From Armatimonadota bacterium (GTDB lineage Bacteria > Armatimonadota > Fimbriimonadia > Fimbriimonadales > Fimbriimonadaceae): 64,000 nt of DNA. Shown in pieces: positions 1-8,885 of the stretch. The DNA lies in contig JANNQV010000065.1 in NCBI GenBank assembly GCA_031400935.1, positions 1 through 64,000 of the forward strand, given 5' to 3'. The translations under genes and the position numbers were made by a program. Position 1 is the stretch's first letter. The number at the start of each line of letters is the position of its first letter. The notes below the pieces were generated by a model. That model did no database searches, had not been told where the DNA came from, and saw only the letters and a program-made list of their open reading frames with translations.

Positions 1-492
1 TGGCATCGCAATCCGGCCATCTACTCCCATCGCAACTTTCACGACCACAAACGGACGTTGGCGACGGATCGCAGAAAGCCAGCGATGATTCGCGGCTTCC
101 GCCCTTTCGGAAAGCAAACCTGATTCCACTTCAATTCCAGCACCAGCAAGAATTGAGTGTCCGCCTTGCGCCTTAAAATCTGGATCAGCCACAGAATAGA
201 CGACTCGCTTAACGCCCGCTTGGATGAGCGACTTGGTACAAGGAGGCGTTCGACCTTGATGATTGCATGGCTCCAATGTCACGTAAACGGTAGCTCCGCG
301 AGCATCGCCCCCAGCCATTTCTAGTGCACCAATTTCTGCATGAGCCCCACCAGCAAAGGCATGAAATCCTTCACCAACAATTCGTCCATCTTTGACGATT
401 ACGCACCCAACATGAGGATTGGGTGCTGGATATCCTCGGCGCGAAAGAGCTATCGCCCTGGCCATATACGGTTCAGGATCGTTCTTTGGCAT
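1..492 (-). CDS. ribD: Riboflavin biosynthesis protein RibD (deaminase/reductase), 3' end runs off the window
   Basis: Not in the ORF track. Manual translation from ATG at 492: MPKNDPEPYMARAIALSRRGYPAPNPHVGCVIVKDGRIVGEGFHAFAGGAHAE...VYVTLEPCNHQGRTPPCTKSLIQAGVKRVV, with the HAE and PCxxxxxxxxC Zn-deaminase motifs. Confidence 0.95.
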   Translation of the reverse strand, partial: MPKNDPEPYMARAIALSRRGYPAPNPHVGCVIVKDGRIVGEGFHAFAGGAHAEIGALEMAGGDARGATVYVTLEPCNHQGRTPPCTKSLIQAGVKRVVYSVADPDFKAQGGHSILAGAGIEVESGLLSERAEAANHRWLSAIRRQRPFVVVKVAMGVDGRIAMP

Positions 493-769
493 GATCTTCT
501 AATGTCGCCTCGATAAGGTTCTCTAGATTTTCGCTTGACTTGATCACAAATTCTCGTCTCGTTTGGCGCAAAACGAACCAAGCCAAAACAATAGTTACAA
601 AAAATACGATCAGGAGCAACCCAAAATAAGCCATCGCCCGAGCCGCATATTCTTCTATTGCTCGGTTGGGCGCACCCGAAGGAGGCTTTGCACCCATAAT
701 AAACGGCCACATCGCCAAAAGCACAAGCCCCGTTATCATTGAAGCAGTTGTGGCAATCTTTAACCGCAT
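473..769 (-). CDS. Small two-TM membrane protein, unknown function
   Basis: 98-aa ORF with two hydrophobic segments, overlapping both rpe and ribD in the same operon. Confidence 0.7.
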   Translation of the reverse strand: MRLKIATTASMITGLVLLAMWPFIMGAKPPSGAPNRAIEEYAARAMAYFGLLLIVFFVTIVLAWFVLRQTRREFVIKSSENLENLIEATLEDHAKERS

Positions 770-1401
770 GACCTTCGCAATTCCTGCACAGCATTCGAAA
801 TAGAACCTTGCGAGACCAGATAACTGCCGGCAACAAATACATTTGCACCTGCTTCTTTGGCACGAGGCAATGTAAAGGGATCAATTCCACCGTCCACTTC
901 AATGTCTATTATTGAACTCGCATTTCGAATTACTCGAACTTTTTCCAAGCACGATTCAATGAATTTCTGCCCGCCCCATCCTGGATTCACAGTCATGATC
1001 AACACAATATCTGTAATTGCTAGCAATGGCAAAATGGATTCAACTGATGTACCAGGATTAATGGCAATTCCGGCTTGTATGCCCATGGACCGAAGTTGCT
1101 GAAGCAGGCGATGCGGATGGTTCGTCGCTTCAACATGAAAAATAATTCCTTTGCAACCAGCATTTACAAATGCCTCAAAGTGTTTTTCGGGAGTTGCGGT
1201 CATCAGATGGGCTTCAAAAAAACCACGCTCATCAAAAATGGATTCAGCGAACTGGGCACCAAAAGTAATTGGAGGCACAAATTGGCCATCCATTACATCA
1301 AGATGAATTCTTTCGCAGCCAGCGTCGAGAAATTCACTAACAACGCCCCGCATATTTCCCATATCAGCCGAAAGAATGGAAGGTGCTAGTTCAAATTTCA
1401 T
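760..1401 (-). CDS. rpe: Ribulose-phosphate 3-epimerase
   Basis: APSILSAD, HLDVMDGQFVP, MTVNPGWGGQKF and VDGGI motifs. Confidence 0.97.
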   Translation of the reverse strand: MKFELAPSILSADMGNMRGVVSEFLDAGCERIHLDVMDGQFVPPITFGAQFAESIFDERGFFEAHLMTATPEKHFEAFVNAGCKGIIFHVEATNHPHRLLQQLRSMGIQAGIAINPGTSVESILPLLAITDIVLIMTVNPGWGGQKFIESCLEKVRVIRNASSIIDIEVDGGIDPFTLPRAKEAGANVFVAGSYLVSQGSISNAVQELRRSCG

Positions 1402-3152
1402 GGCTGTTCCTCCTCAGGTTCCTTTGCAGACTTAACAATTTGGGTAATTGGCTCGCCGTCGTAGTAGATCTTGAAAATGGCTTGGTCTCCGTACCCTTCA
1501 GCAGTCAACTCGACAATATCTCCGGGCTGCCTCAGCTCTTCTGAGATGGATTTCGTTCCCCTGCTGTCGGTCATATCAACCCTCATCAAGACTTCCTCGG
1601 TGATGTCGCTAAGTTCGATTCGGATTGTATAGAGGTACTTTTGGGACGAATCACCGACAGGCTTGGCTGGCCCACGTCGCCCAGAACTAGCTGTTGCCCG
1701 AATTGAAGTTCGACGCTCAACTCGAGTCCGGGGTTCCGGAACCTGCTTCATTATCATTCCTTCTTCAACATCTTTCGAAGGCTGCTGCGCAATTCTATCG
1801 TCTAATTTGAGCCCTAAACTTTCCAGCAGGATTTTTGCTTCATCGGCGTTCATACCGCGCAAATCTGGAACCTCTACAAACTTACTTCCTGCGCTAACGG
1901 TCACGTAAATCGTCCCGCCCTCTCGGAGTTTTTCGCCGGGCGTTGGATCCATATCTAAAATTACGTCGGCAGGTATTGTTTCATTTAGCTCTTGTGCTTT
2001 GACTTTTAGCTTCAATTTCAAAGGTTTTATGGCTTGTTCTGCACTCGAAATAGTCAATCGGTTCAAATCGGGTACCAAAACGTCTTTAGGCTTGCCCAAA
2101 TTTTGCACGATCCAAGTACCTACCATCATAACGACGATAGCCAGTAAGAAAACGAAGACGCCTTTGACCCATCCCGGCACCTCGCCTTCCAAGTAATCGT
2201 CTCGCCTTTCACGTTTTGCCGGTTTCTTTTCTGTAGCCATTACGGGCTCTTGCTCAAACATTGATTCGTCTGTCGAGCTGGGTTCGGTGTTTAGCGGCGC
2301 CGATAACGGCCACGCCAAACTTCGGCCAAATCGAATTGCATCCTGAATCATTCTAAGATCGCTCAATAATTCGACAGCAGACTCATAACGGTCTTCCTTA
2401 GTCTTTGCCATTGCTTTGCGAATTACTTCATCTAGTGCAACTGGGATGGCTTGATTGGCTGCTCTCACTGATGGAATTCGATCGTTTACGTGCTTCAAAG
2501 CCATCGCAACCGGTTGTTCTGCAAAGAATGGGTATTGGCCGGTAAGTAGCTGGAATAAAATTACTCCAACTGCATAAACATCCGAAGAGGGAGACGGAAG
2601 TTGTCCGGTGCTGATCTCAGGTGCTAGATACGGTGCCATCAGTGGCAAAACTGCCGGTCCGGCGGATTTGCTTGCCGAATACGCCGTCCAAACCGAAGAT
2701 TGTTGCAAAATTGCAGTTCCCTCAGGCAAAACAGTGACGTTATGAGAACCCACATCACCATGAACTACCCCAGCTCGATGGAGTGAAGCCAATGCTTCAC
2801 AAAGGGTTATTGCCGTTCCGACCGCCACAGGGACTGAAAATGGTGCCAATTTGCGAATTCGGTCTGTCAACGACATTCCGCGGACAGCCTCGCCCACCAA
2901 AAATGCCTTTCCATCATCAGTTTCGAATGAAGTTAAACGCTCGATGGCAGGATGTTTGATCGTCTGAACATCTCCAATCGCTGTCTGCAATGCGTTATGA
3001 AATGGCACTTCCAGGTTGTATGGCGGATTCAAGAATCGGATCGAGACGTCCTTGACCGTAATACGATCCCTGGCGCTCCAAATCGTAAAGATCGGTCCCT
3101 CGGTGAGTTTTTGAAGTACCTCGTATCGGTCCGCAAGTAATGGGCCGCTCAA
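1398..3152 (-). CDS. PknB/PrkC-like membrane Ser/Thr kinase-fold protein with two PASTA domains; catalytic motifs degenerate (probable pseudokinase)
   Basis: DRYEV..., YLAPE, SDVYAVGVILFQLLTG, a TM helix, then VLVPDLNRL and VEVPDLRGM PASTA repeats. The VAIK, HRDxKxxN and DFG motifs are altered. Confidence 0.85.
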   Translation of the reverse strand: MSGPLLADRYEVLQKLTEGPIFTIWSARDRITVKDVSIRFLNPPYNLEVPFHNALQTAIGDVQTIKHPAIERLTSFETDDGKAFLVGEAVRGMSLTDRIRKLAPFSVPVAVGTAITLCEALASLHRAGVVHGDVGSHNVTVLPEGTAILQQSSVWTAYSASKSAGPAVLPLMAPYLAPEISTGQLPSPSSDVYAVGVILFQLLTGQYPFFAEQPVAMALKHVNDRIPSVRAANQAIPVALDEVIRKAMAKTKEDRYESAVELLSDLRMIQDAIRFGRSLAWPLSAPLNTEPSSTDESMFEQEPVMATEKKPAKRERRDDYLEGEVPGWVKGVFVFLLAIVVMMVGTWIVQNLGKPKDVLVPDLNRLTISSAEQAIKPLKLKLKVKAQELNETIPADVILDMDPTPGEKLREGGTIYVTVSAGSKFVEVPDLRGMNADEAKILLESLGLKLDDRIAQQPSKDVEEGMIMKQVPEPRTRVERRTSIRATASSGRRGPAKPVGDSSQKYLYTIRIELSDITEEVLMRVDMTDSRGTKSISEELRQPGDIVELTAEGYGDQAIFKIYYDGEPITQIVKSAKEPEEEQP

Positions 3153-3361
3153 ACTTCGCTCCGTTCGTCGGCATTATGGAAAACCGCAGACGCCAGACAC
3201 AGAACTATCACTAGCAATGCTATCCATCGAATTGCGGGTTGGTCAATTCGAGATGAGTATTCCGCTGTAGCTCCGGTAAAGAATGCCCTCTGACTCAGCC
3301 CATAGCCTGCCGCAAGTGCGACGATTAGGATAGAGGCGATTGCAGTCTTGATGCTATTCAT
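3149..3361 (-). CDS. Small two-TM membrane protein (start probably ATG at 3361)
   Basis: MNSIKTAIASILIVALAAGYG...WIALLVIVLCLASAVF. The start overlaps the aroB stop and the stop overlaps the kinase start. Confidence 0.65.
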   Translation of the reverse strand: MNSIKTAIASILIVALAAGYGLSQRAFFTGATAEYSSRIDQPAIRWIALLVIVLCLASAVFHNADERSEV

Positions 3362-4388
3362 TTGAGACAAGGACGGAACGAACAACTTGCTCCGATACTT
3401 CAGGAACAAGTTTACACTTTCCGATTTCGGAAACGAGGCTAAAGGCTAGTCTTCCTGAACTTGACTTTTTGTCCGACTTCATTAGGGTCATTAGCTGGTC
3501 AGCAGAATTGAGAGCAGAATGGTGGATTGGCAAACCCTCCATTTGCAGGCAATCTGCGATTTCAAGTACCAGATTCATGGGGCATAATCCAAGCTTTTCA
3601 GCAATTTTAGATTCCGCAACCATGCCAATCGAAATCGCTTCCCCGTGAAGTATGTCGTCATAACTCAAGAGTGTCTCAAGTGCGTGCCCGACGGTATGTC
3701 CAAAATTGAGGGTTGCTCGCAAGCCTGTAGTTTCAAGTTCGTCATGCTCTACTATGTGCGCTTTGTCAAGAATGCACTTTTCAATAACATCAGATAAATC
3801 TTCGGATTTTCTTCCACTGAGAATCTTAAGCTGCTTGAACAAGCCCATATTCCCGATAAATGCGTATTTCCATACTTCTGCCATCCCAGCCCGAAGTTCT
3901 CGTTTTGGCAATGTAGTAAGGAATTCGGGAGCCAGGCGAACCTGAGTTGGGGGCCAAAACGAGCCCAACAGATTTTTGCCACCCTGAAGGTCAATTCCAA
4001 CTTTCCCGCCAATGCTAGAATCCACCATCGCCAAAAGGGTCGTTGGGATATTAACCCAATTCACACCTCGCATGTAGGTCGCAGCCACAAATCCAGCCAG
4101 GTCGCCAACCACGCCTCCGCCAACGGCAAAAATCGTTCCACTTCGACCCAACGGAATCGAGACAAGAAATTCTGCGATTTCACCATAGACGGATAGGGAC
4201 TTCGAACTTTCTCCTGGAACAACAATGTATCTCGGCAACCCTTCGGGGAGAAACTGACCCCACAAATCGAATACATTTTTGTCAATAATCGCTGCCGAAT
4301 TCTCAATTTGCGACTGCCACATTTGCTCCGGAGACAATGAATCTACGGAGTACTCTCCAAATCGGTGCCGAATCGAGATTGAGTTCAC
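3354..4388 (-). CDS. aroB: 3-dehydroquinate synthase
   Basis: GGGVVGDLAGFVAATYMRG, PTTLLAMVDSSIGGKVG and LNFGHTVGHALE motifs. Confidence 0.97.
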   Translation of the reverse strand: MNSISIRHRFGEYSVDSLSPEQMWQSQIENSAAIIDKNVFDLWGQFLPEGLPRYIVVPGESSKSLSVYGEIAEFLVSIPLGRSGTIFAVGGGVVGDLAGFVAATYMRGVNWVNIPTTLLAMVDSSIGGKVGIDLQGGKNLLGSFWPPTQVRLAPEFLTTLPKRELRAGMAEVWKYAFIGNMGLFKQLKILSGRKSEDLSDVIEKCILDKAHIVEHDELETTGLRATLNFGHTVGHALETLLSYDDILHGEAISIGMVAESKIAEKLGLCPMNLVLEIADCLQMEGLPIHHSALNSADQLMTLMKSDKKSSSGRLAFSLVSEIGKCKLVPEVSEQVVRSVLVSNE

Positions 4389-4900
4389 TCCTTCGGCTCC
4401 AATACATCCAAAATGGCTTGGACTGACTCAGCAATTCCTATATCATCTACATCAACTGTAATCTCCGCTTTGTTGTAAATGAGTTCGCGTTCCGCCAAGA
4501 GGTTTGCTAGTTTGGTCTCCCAGTCATCGGATTGAAGAAGTGGCCGACGATGCCTTGTTACAACGAGCCGTTTGCAAAGGGTTTCCGCCGAAGCTCTCAA
4601 GTAAATAATCTTTCCAATTCTCGCGAGTTCGTGCCAGTTGACGTCTCGAAGCACGATCCCGCCTCCTGTCGCAAGAACGAACGGTCCAGGCTGCTGCTCC
4701 TGCAAGACTCGTGTTTCGAGCTCGCGAAATGCATCCTCGCCATAAATTGCAAAGAACTGTTTGATGGGACGGGCAACCCGATGTTGCAAAAGCTGGTCTG
4801 TATCCAAGAATTGCCTGCCAGTATGAGCGGCCAATGCACGCCCCACGGACGATTTCCCTGAACCCATCATGCCAACTAGAATCCAACCCTCCAATTTCAT
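4385..4900 (-). CDS. aroK: Shikimate kinase
   Basis: GMMGSGKS P-loop, DTD, GEDAFRELE, ATGGG and RPLL motifs. Confidence 0.96.
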   Translation of the reverse strand: MKLEGWILVGMMGSGKSSVGRALAAHTGRQFLDTDQLLQHRVARPIKQFFAIYGEDAFRELETRVLQEQQPGPFVLATGGGIVLRDVNWHELARIGKIIYLRASAETLCKRLVVTRHRRPLLQSDDWETKLANLLAERELIYNKAEITVDVDDIGIAESVQAILDVLEPKE

Positions 4901-4910
4901 CCTTTAATAA

Positions 4911-4940
4911 TAAAACGGTGGGGGAATTACCCCCACCGCC
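4911..4940 (-). terminator. Rho-independent terminator after the secretin gene
   Basis: Stem CGGTGGGGG/CCCCCACCG (4916-4938), followed on the minus strand by TTTTATT. Confidence 0.75.
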
Positions 4941-4965
4941 AATGCGTATGCGTTATGACAACAGG

Positions 4966-6585
4966 CTAAGGGCCAATTCCAAGATTGCCTTCATCTTCAA
5001 TAACCGTCGGGGTCACGAAGATAATAAGTTCACTTGTCACTTTGTCTCGGTTTGATGACCGGAAAAATTGACCAATGACAGGCAAATCGCCAAGAATTGG
5101 GAATCGAGACGCTGATCCAGTATCGGACTTACGAGTCAGACCACCCAATGCAATTGTTTCGCCGCTCTTCACACGAGCAACGACGCCAATCTGTTGGGAA
5201 AGGATGTCCGGAAACTCGGCGCCATCAGCACTTCGCCTAAGTTGGCCGAAGTCTTGAAGTTGCACGTTAATAAACGTCGTAACCGTTCCGTCTTCGTTGA
5301 TACGAGGTGCGACGCCCAGAGCAGTTGAAGCTGTAATATTTACAAGCTGAGGTGCTCGGATAACCGTTCCATTTCCACCAGCTACCAGTGTAGTGATGAA
5401 AATAGTTGTTGAGATTGAACTATTTACAAAGGCGGGCTGATTATTCAATGTTCGAATAACAGGAGCTTGAACTACTCTTCCCCAACCGTCTTGCAATAGT
5501 GCTCGCATTCGAGTTGTGAAGTTGCCTGAGGCAAAGTTCAAGAAAATTGGGTCACCAGCTCTAGCGAACGAACCTGGTCGAACGCCAGCAAATAGTGTGC
5601 CTCTTTCGTAAAGCCAGTCAAAGCCAAGAGACTTGGCAAGACTTGACGAGGTCGTAACGAATTCAACTTTGATGATAACTTGTTTTGGAGCTACATCAAA
5701 AAGGCTAATCATTCGCTGAAGCTCAGCAATGTCTTCGTCGGTTCCCCTTACGATAATGCTATTGTCGGTCGGGTCATACGAAATAAAGTCAATGGATCCG
5801 GGAACTAAGCCTTGGCCAGCTGTAAGGTTAGTTTGCCCACCTTGTCCGCCGCCTTGACCACCTATTCCACCACCTTGGCCGCCGCCTTGACCGCCGCCTC
5901 CGCGGCCACCAAAACCGCCACCCGCTCCGCCAAAGTCCTGACCAGCAGATTCGCCTGGAAGAACAATGTCGTTACTTCCTTCAGAAGAAGTTTTGATGCT
6001 TCGAGTATCTAGAGGTGCAGAACTTAGTCCCAAAATATTCGTGCCACCGATGATCCGAGTATTCGGCCCCGCGGTTTTTCGAGCATATTTGTCGAAATCG
6101 GCTTCGAAATTCTTTGGAACAAAGTTGTTGCCGAAACGGACCTGATTGAGCACGTCGCCAGCATCAGCCTTCAATAGCTTCACCTTTTTCGTGATTAGAT
6201 TCAATTTAGGAGTATTCGTCGGTCTCGAAGTCGTTGATACTTCGACAGCTTTGCCCTTTGAAATGATGTAAACACCATTTGGGTCTCGTCTAAACGTGCA
6301 ACCAGCTGCTTGGCAGATATACCGCAAAGCGTCTTCAGCTGACATTTTGTTCAAACTTAAAGTGATCTTCGGCAACAATTCGCTGGTCGGTTCGATCAGG
6401 AATTGCAAGCCGGTCTTTTGGGTCAGCATTCGAGTCGCCGCAATCATATCAGCATCTTTTAGATTGATAGAATCAACGACGATTTCCTCTGCTGTTCCTT
6501 GTGCGTGCACGGACGTAGTAGCCACGAAACTCATCGTGGCTACTAAACCTGCACAAACCATTGTTGCCAAACGCATTCGCATCAT
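4966..6585 (-). CDS. pilQ: Outer-membrane secretin (PilQ/GspD family)
   Basis: Signal peptide, N0/STN domain, N3 domain (YDPTDNSIIVRGT) with a Gly-rich insertion, secretin core (KQVIIKVEFV...FPILGDLPVIGQFF...ELIIFVTP). Lies after pilMNOP. Confidence 0.9.
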   Translation of the reverse strand: MMRMRLATMVCAGLVATMSFVATTSVHAQGTAEEIVVDSINLKDADMIAATRMLTQKTGLQFLIEPTSELLPKITLSLNKMSAEDALRYICQAAGCTFRRDPNGVYIISKGKAVEVSTTSRPTNTPKLNLITKKVKLLKADAGDVLNQVRFGNNFVPKNFEADFDKYARKTAGPNTRIIGGTNILGLSSAPLDTRSIKTSSEGSNDIVLPGESAGQDFGGAGGGFGGRGGGGQGGGQGGGIGGQGGGQGGQTNLTAGQGLVPGSIDFISYDPTDNSIIVRGTDEDIAELQRMISLFDVAPKQVIIKVEFVTTSSSLAKSLGFDWLYERGTLFAGVRPGSFARAGDPIFLNFASGNFTTRMRALLQDGWGRVVQAPVIRTLNNQPAFVNSSISTTIFITTLVAGGNGTVIRAPQLVNITASTALGVAPRINEDGTVTTFINVQLQDFGQLRRSADGAEFPDILSQQIGVVARVKSGETIALGGLTRKSDTGSASRFPILGDLPVIGQFFRSSNRDKVTSELIIFVTPTVIEDEGNLGIGP

Positions 6586-6631
6586 TCTGTTTTACCCTTA
6601 CCTTCCCTTAATTTGGTTGCTTTTCTTGAAA

Positions 6632-7336
6632 TTATCGTCCGCCGAGGCCGCCACCGCCGCCACCGCCGAATCCACCGCCGCCGCCACCGAAGCCGCCGCC
6701 GCCGCCGCCGAAGCCACTGTTTCCGCCGCCGCCGCCGCCGAAGCCACTGTTTCCGCCGCCGCCGAAGCCGCCGCCGCCTTGACCACCACCGAATCCACCT
6801 TGACCGCCACCTTGACCGCCACCTTGACCACCGCCAGGAGACTTCATAATAGTGCTCATTTCAGGCGAAATTTGAGTTGACTGAGTACCTGAAAGCATCA
6901 TCATGATAAACATTGGATCAGCACTACGAATCTTTAATCTTCGAATCGGAGGCTTTGCCGCAGGGGTGCCTGTTGGTAATTGTTCGCCAGTACCTGTTAC
7001 ATTTGGATCTACTCGCGCAATAATCTGATAAACGCCGCCTTCCACACGGTAAGTTGCATTAACTTGCTTCAAAATATTTTGCAAGGCCGTTTCAAACGGC
7101 ACGTTTCTCAAACTTACAGTTACCGTTCCCTGAACTTCAGGTGCAATGCTGTAAGAGACGTTTAGATTTCGAAACAGAATTTTGATCGCTTCGCGAACGT
7201 CGGCCTGTTCTAATTCTAGTGATGGAATTATCTGGTTTGCTGGGTCTTGTTGTTGAGCGTAAGACTTTACAGGCGCAAGAGTAAATACACTTGCGGCAAG
7301 TAGCGCGCTCAAAAGAAATTTATTTATGGATTTCAT
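6632..7336 (-). CDS. Secreted STN/N0-domain protein with Gly/Phe/Gln-rich tail; truncated secretin paralogue lacking the barrel
   Basis: Signal peptide; LELEQADVREAIKILF...VQGTVTVSLRNVPFETALQNIL (STN); RRLKIRSADP (first element of N3); then ~65 aa of GGQGG/GGFGG repeats to the stop. Confidence 0.8.
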   Translation of the reverse strand: MKSINKFLLSALLAASVFTLAPVKSYAQQQDPANQIIPSLELEQADVREAIKILFRNLNVSYSIAPEVQGTVTVSLRNVPFETALQNILKQVNATYRVEGGVYQIIARVDPNVTGTGEQLPTGTPAAKPPIRRLKIRSADPMFIMMMLSGTQSTQISPEMSTIMKSPGGGQGGGQGGGQGGFGGGQGGGGFGGGGNSGFGGGGGGNSGFGGGGGGFGGGGGGFGGGGGGGLGGR

Positions 7337-7410
7337 TGGATCCTCCGAATTCTATGATGTTTCACTGTGAAATTGGTTTCGTACAAATTCAAATACTGTT
7401 GGAAAGGCCT

Positions 7411-8106
7411 TTACAGATCTCCTCTACCGCCTCGACCGCCCCTTTCTCCGCCCTCACCGCCTGCTGGCCCTCCGCCAGTTCCACCGCCCGGATTGGCTCC
7501 GCCACCAGCGTTCGGCCTAGAGCCTCCGCGCAAATCTCCTTCAAGTGGAATTGTAATCGTACGGGGTCTTCTGTTGCCTGTGCGTCTCAAAACTGCATTT
7601 TCTTCGTCAATTGAAATGACTCGCCATTCCGAATTCGGAATCATCATTCCAGGGCGAATAATCTCCGCATGGCCGTCTTCCATGATCAGGATAGCCAAAA
7701 CTGTATCGCCAACGATAATACCTGCCAACCTTCGGTAAGGCTGCTGCTCCTCTTGGTCATCTAATGACGTGTCGCGCTCGACTGGAGGATCGAATTGTAT
7801 AGACCAGTTATTCTCTTGGACGAATCGCTCAGACGCTTGCGATCTTTCAAAGTTTGCCTCGACTGGCAGGAGCGCGAAAGGTTCGTTGCGATAAGAAAAT
7901 CCCTTGAGCGCAACTAGACTTTTGAGCAAATTGGGGTCCTGGGTAATCGCAACAGGAACGCCCGCATCTACGTCTGGTTTGAAGTCATGCTTAGGAGCAG
8001 CACCTGCAGATGCCGTGCTTGCTGGAGTGTCAATGCTATTGCAACCCGTCATGACCGCAGAAATTGCGATTGCCCCGAACGCTAACATTAAAATTCTTGA
8101 TTTCAT
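7411..8106 (-). CDS. PilP-like lipoprotein
   Basis: Lipobox-like AVMTGC; PYRRLAGIIVGDTVLAILI...IIRPG...WRVISID matches the PilP/GspC HR beta-domain pattern; position after pilO. Confidence 0.7.
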   Translation of the reverse strand: MKSRILMLAFGAIAISAVMTGCNSIDTPASTASAGAAPKHDFKPDVDAGVPVAITQDPNLLKSLVALKGFSYRNEPFALLPVEANFERSQASERFVQENNWSIQFDPPVERDTSLDDQEEQQPYRRLAGIIVGDTVLAILIMEDGHAEIIRPGMMIPNSEWRVISIDEENAVLRRTGNRRPRTITIPLEGDLRGGSRPNAGGGANPGGGTGGGPAGGEGGERGGRGGRGDL

Positions 8107-8127
8107 GTTTATCCTCTTAGAATCGGC

Positions 8128-8883
8128 TTACAAGCCACCTCGACGACCTGTGCTCACTGGCGCCGCTGGTGCTGCCGCAGCTCCGGGAGCCTGACCGCCC
8201 CCAGCACCTTCAGGTACTGCAGGATATATCTTTGTTCCTCGGATATAGCCAACAATGGAGAGATTATAAGTCCCTACTAGATTCGGAGAAGTACCGTTGA
8301 TGACGAGACCATCGGCTACCGCGAGATAGTTGGGCATTGAAGACCAGGCACGAATGTTTTCCGTTATCTGTGCATAGTTTCCTCGGACAACAATTTGCCC
8401 CAAATCAAAGATAACGATTGGATAAGGCAGCGCAGGATAATTGTAATAGTTTGCCAAAATTCCAGGAGCATTGAGGTCTGCGGACGGAACATCCGGTCCC
8501 TGCTCAACCATCACTCCACCTTTTCGAACTTGGCGGTTGACTGCGCGTTGAATATTGTTTCGAAATCTTTGTGTATCAACGGTCAATTGCCAGCTATTTA
8601 CATCAAGGTCAATTCCACCATCGTTGACATTCATTGGCGGTGTTCGCCATGCCACAGTTTCGCGCCACTTTTGGGCTCGTTCGGCAACCATTTCTTTGGA
8701 CAGTTTGAGTCTGTTTTCAGCTTGCTTCTTTTTTGCAATTTCCGTATCCAGCTTTTCAGCCGTACTCTTGTAGAATCCCGCAAGCGTGTCGTTAGGCTGT
8801 TTGTGTTGGAAAAACGCAAATCCAAAAGCGACGAGTCCAACTGAAAGTCCGACGATAAGCCAAGTTAATCCGCTAAGTTTCAT
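8128..8883 (-). CDS. PilO-like alignment subcomplex protein
   Basis: N-terminal TM, coiled coil, VRGNYAQI ferredoxin-like motif; position between pilN and pilP. Confidence 0.7.
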   Translation of the reverse strand: MKLSGLTWLIVGLSVGLVAFGFAFFQHKQPNDTLAGFYKSTAEKLDTEIAKKKQAENRLKLSKEMVAERAQKWRETVAWRTPPMNVNDGGIDLDVNSWQLTVDTQRFRNNIQRAVNRQVRKGGVMVEQGPDVPSADLNAPGILANYYNYPALPYPIVIFDLGQIVVRGNYAQITENIRAWSSMPNYLAVADGLVINGTSPNLVGTYNLSIVGYIRGTKIYPAVPEGAGGGQAPGAAAAPAAPVSTGRRGGL

Positions 8884-8885
8884 AA

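Noticed and set aside
6586..6640. Possible frameshift or readthrough joining the STN gene to the secretin
   Set aside because: The secretin has its own signal peptide and N0 domain, and the STN gene has a clean stop followed by a spacer with an SD-like sequence.
6296..6880. Ala-rich (+, 194 aa), Arg/His-rich (+, 78 aa) and Ala-rich (-, 77 aa) ORFs
   Set aside because: Shadow and alternative-frame readings of the GGC-rich poly-Gly tail of the STN gene.
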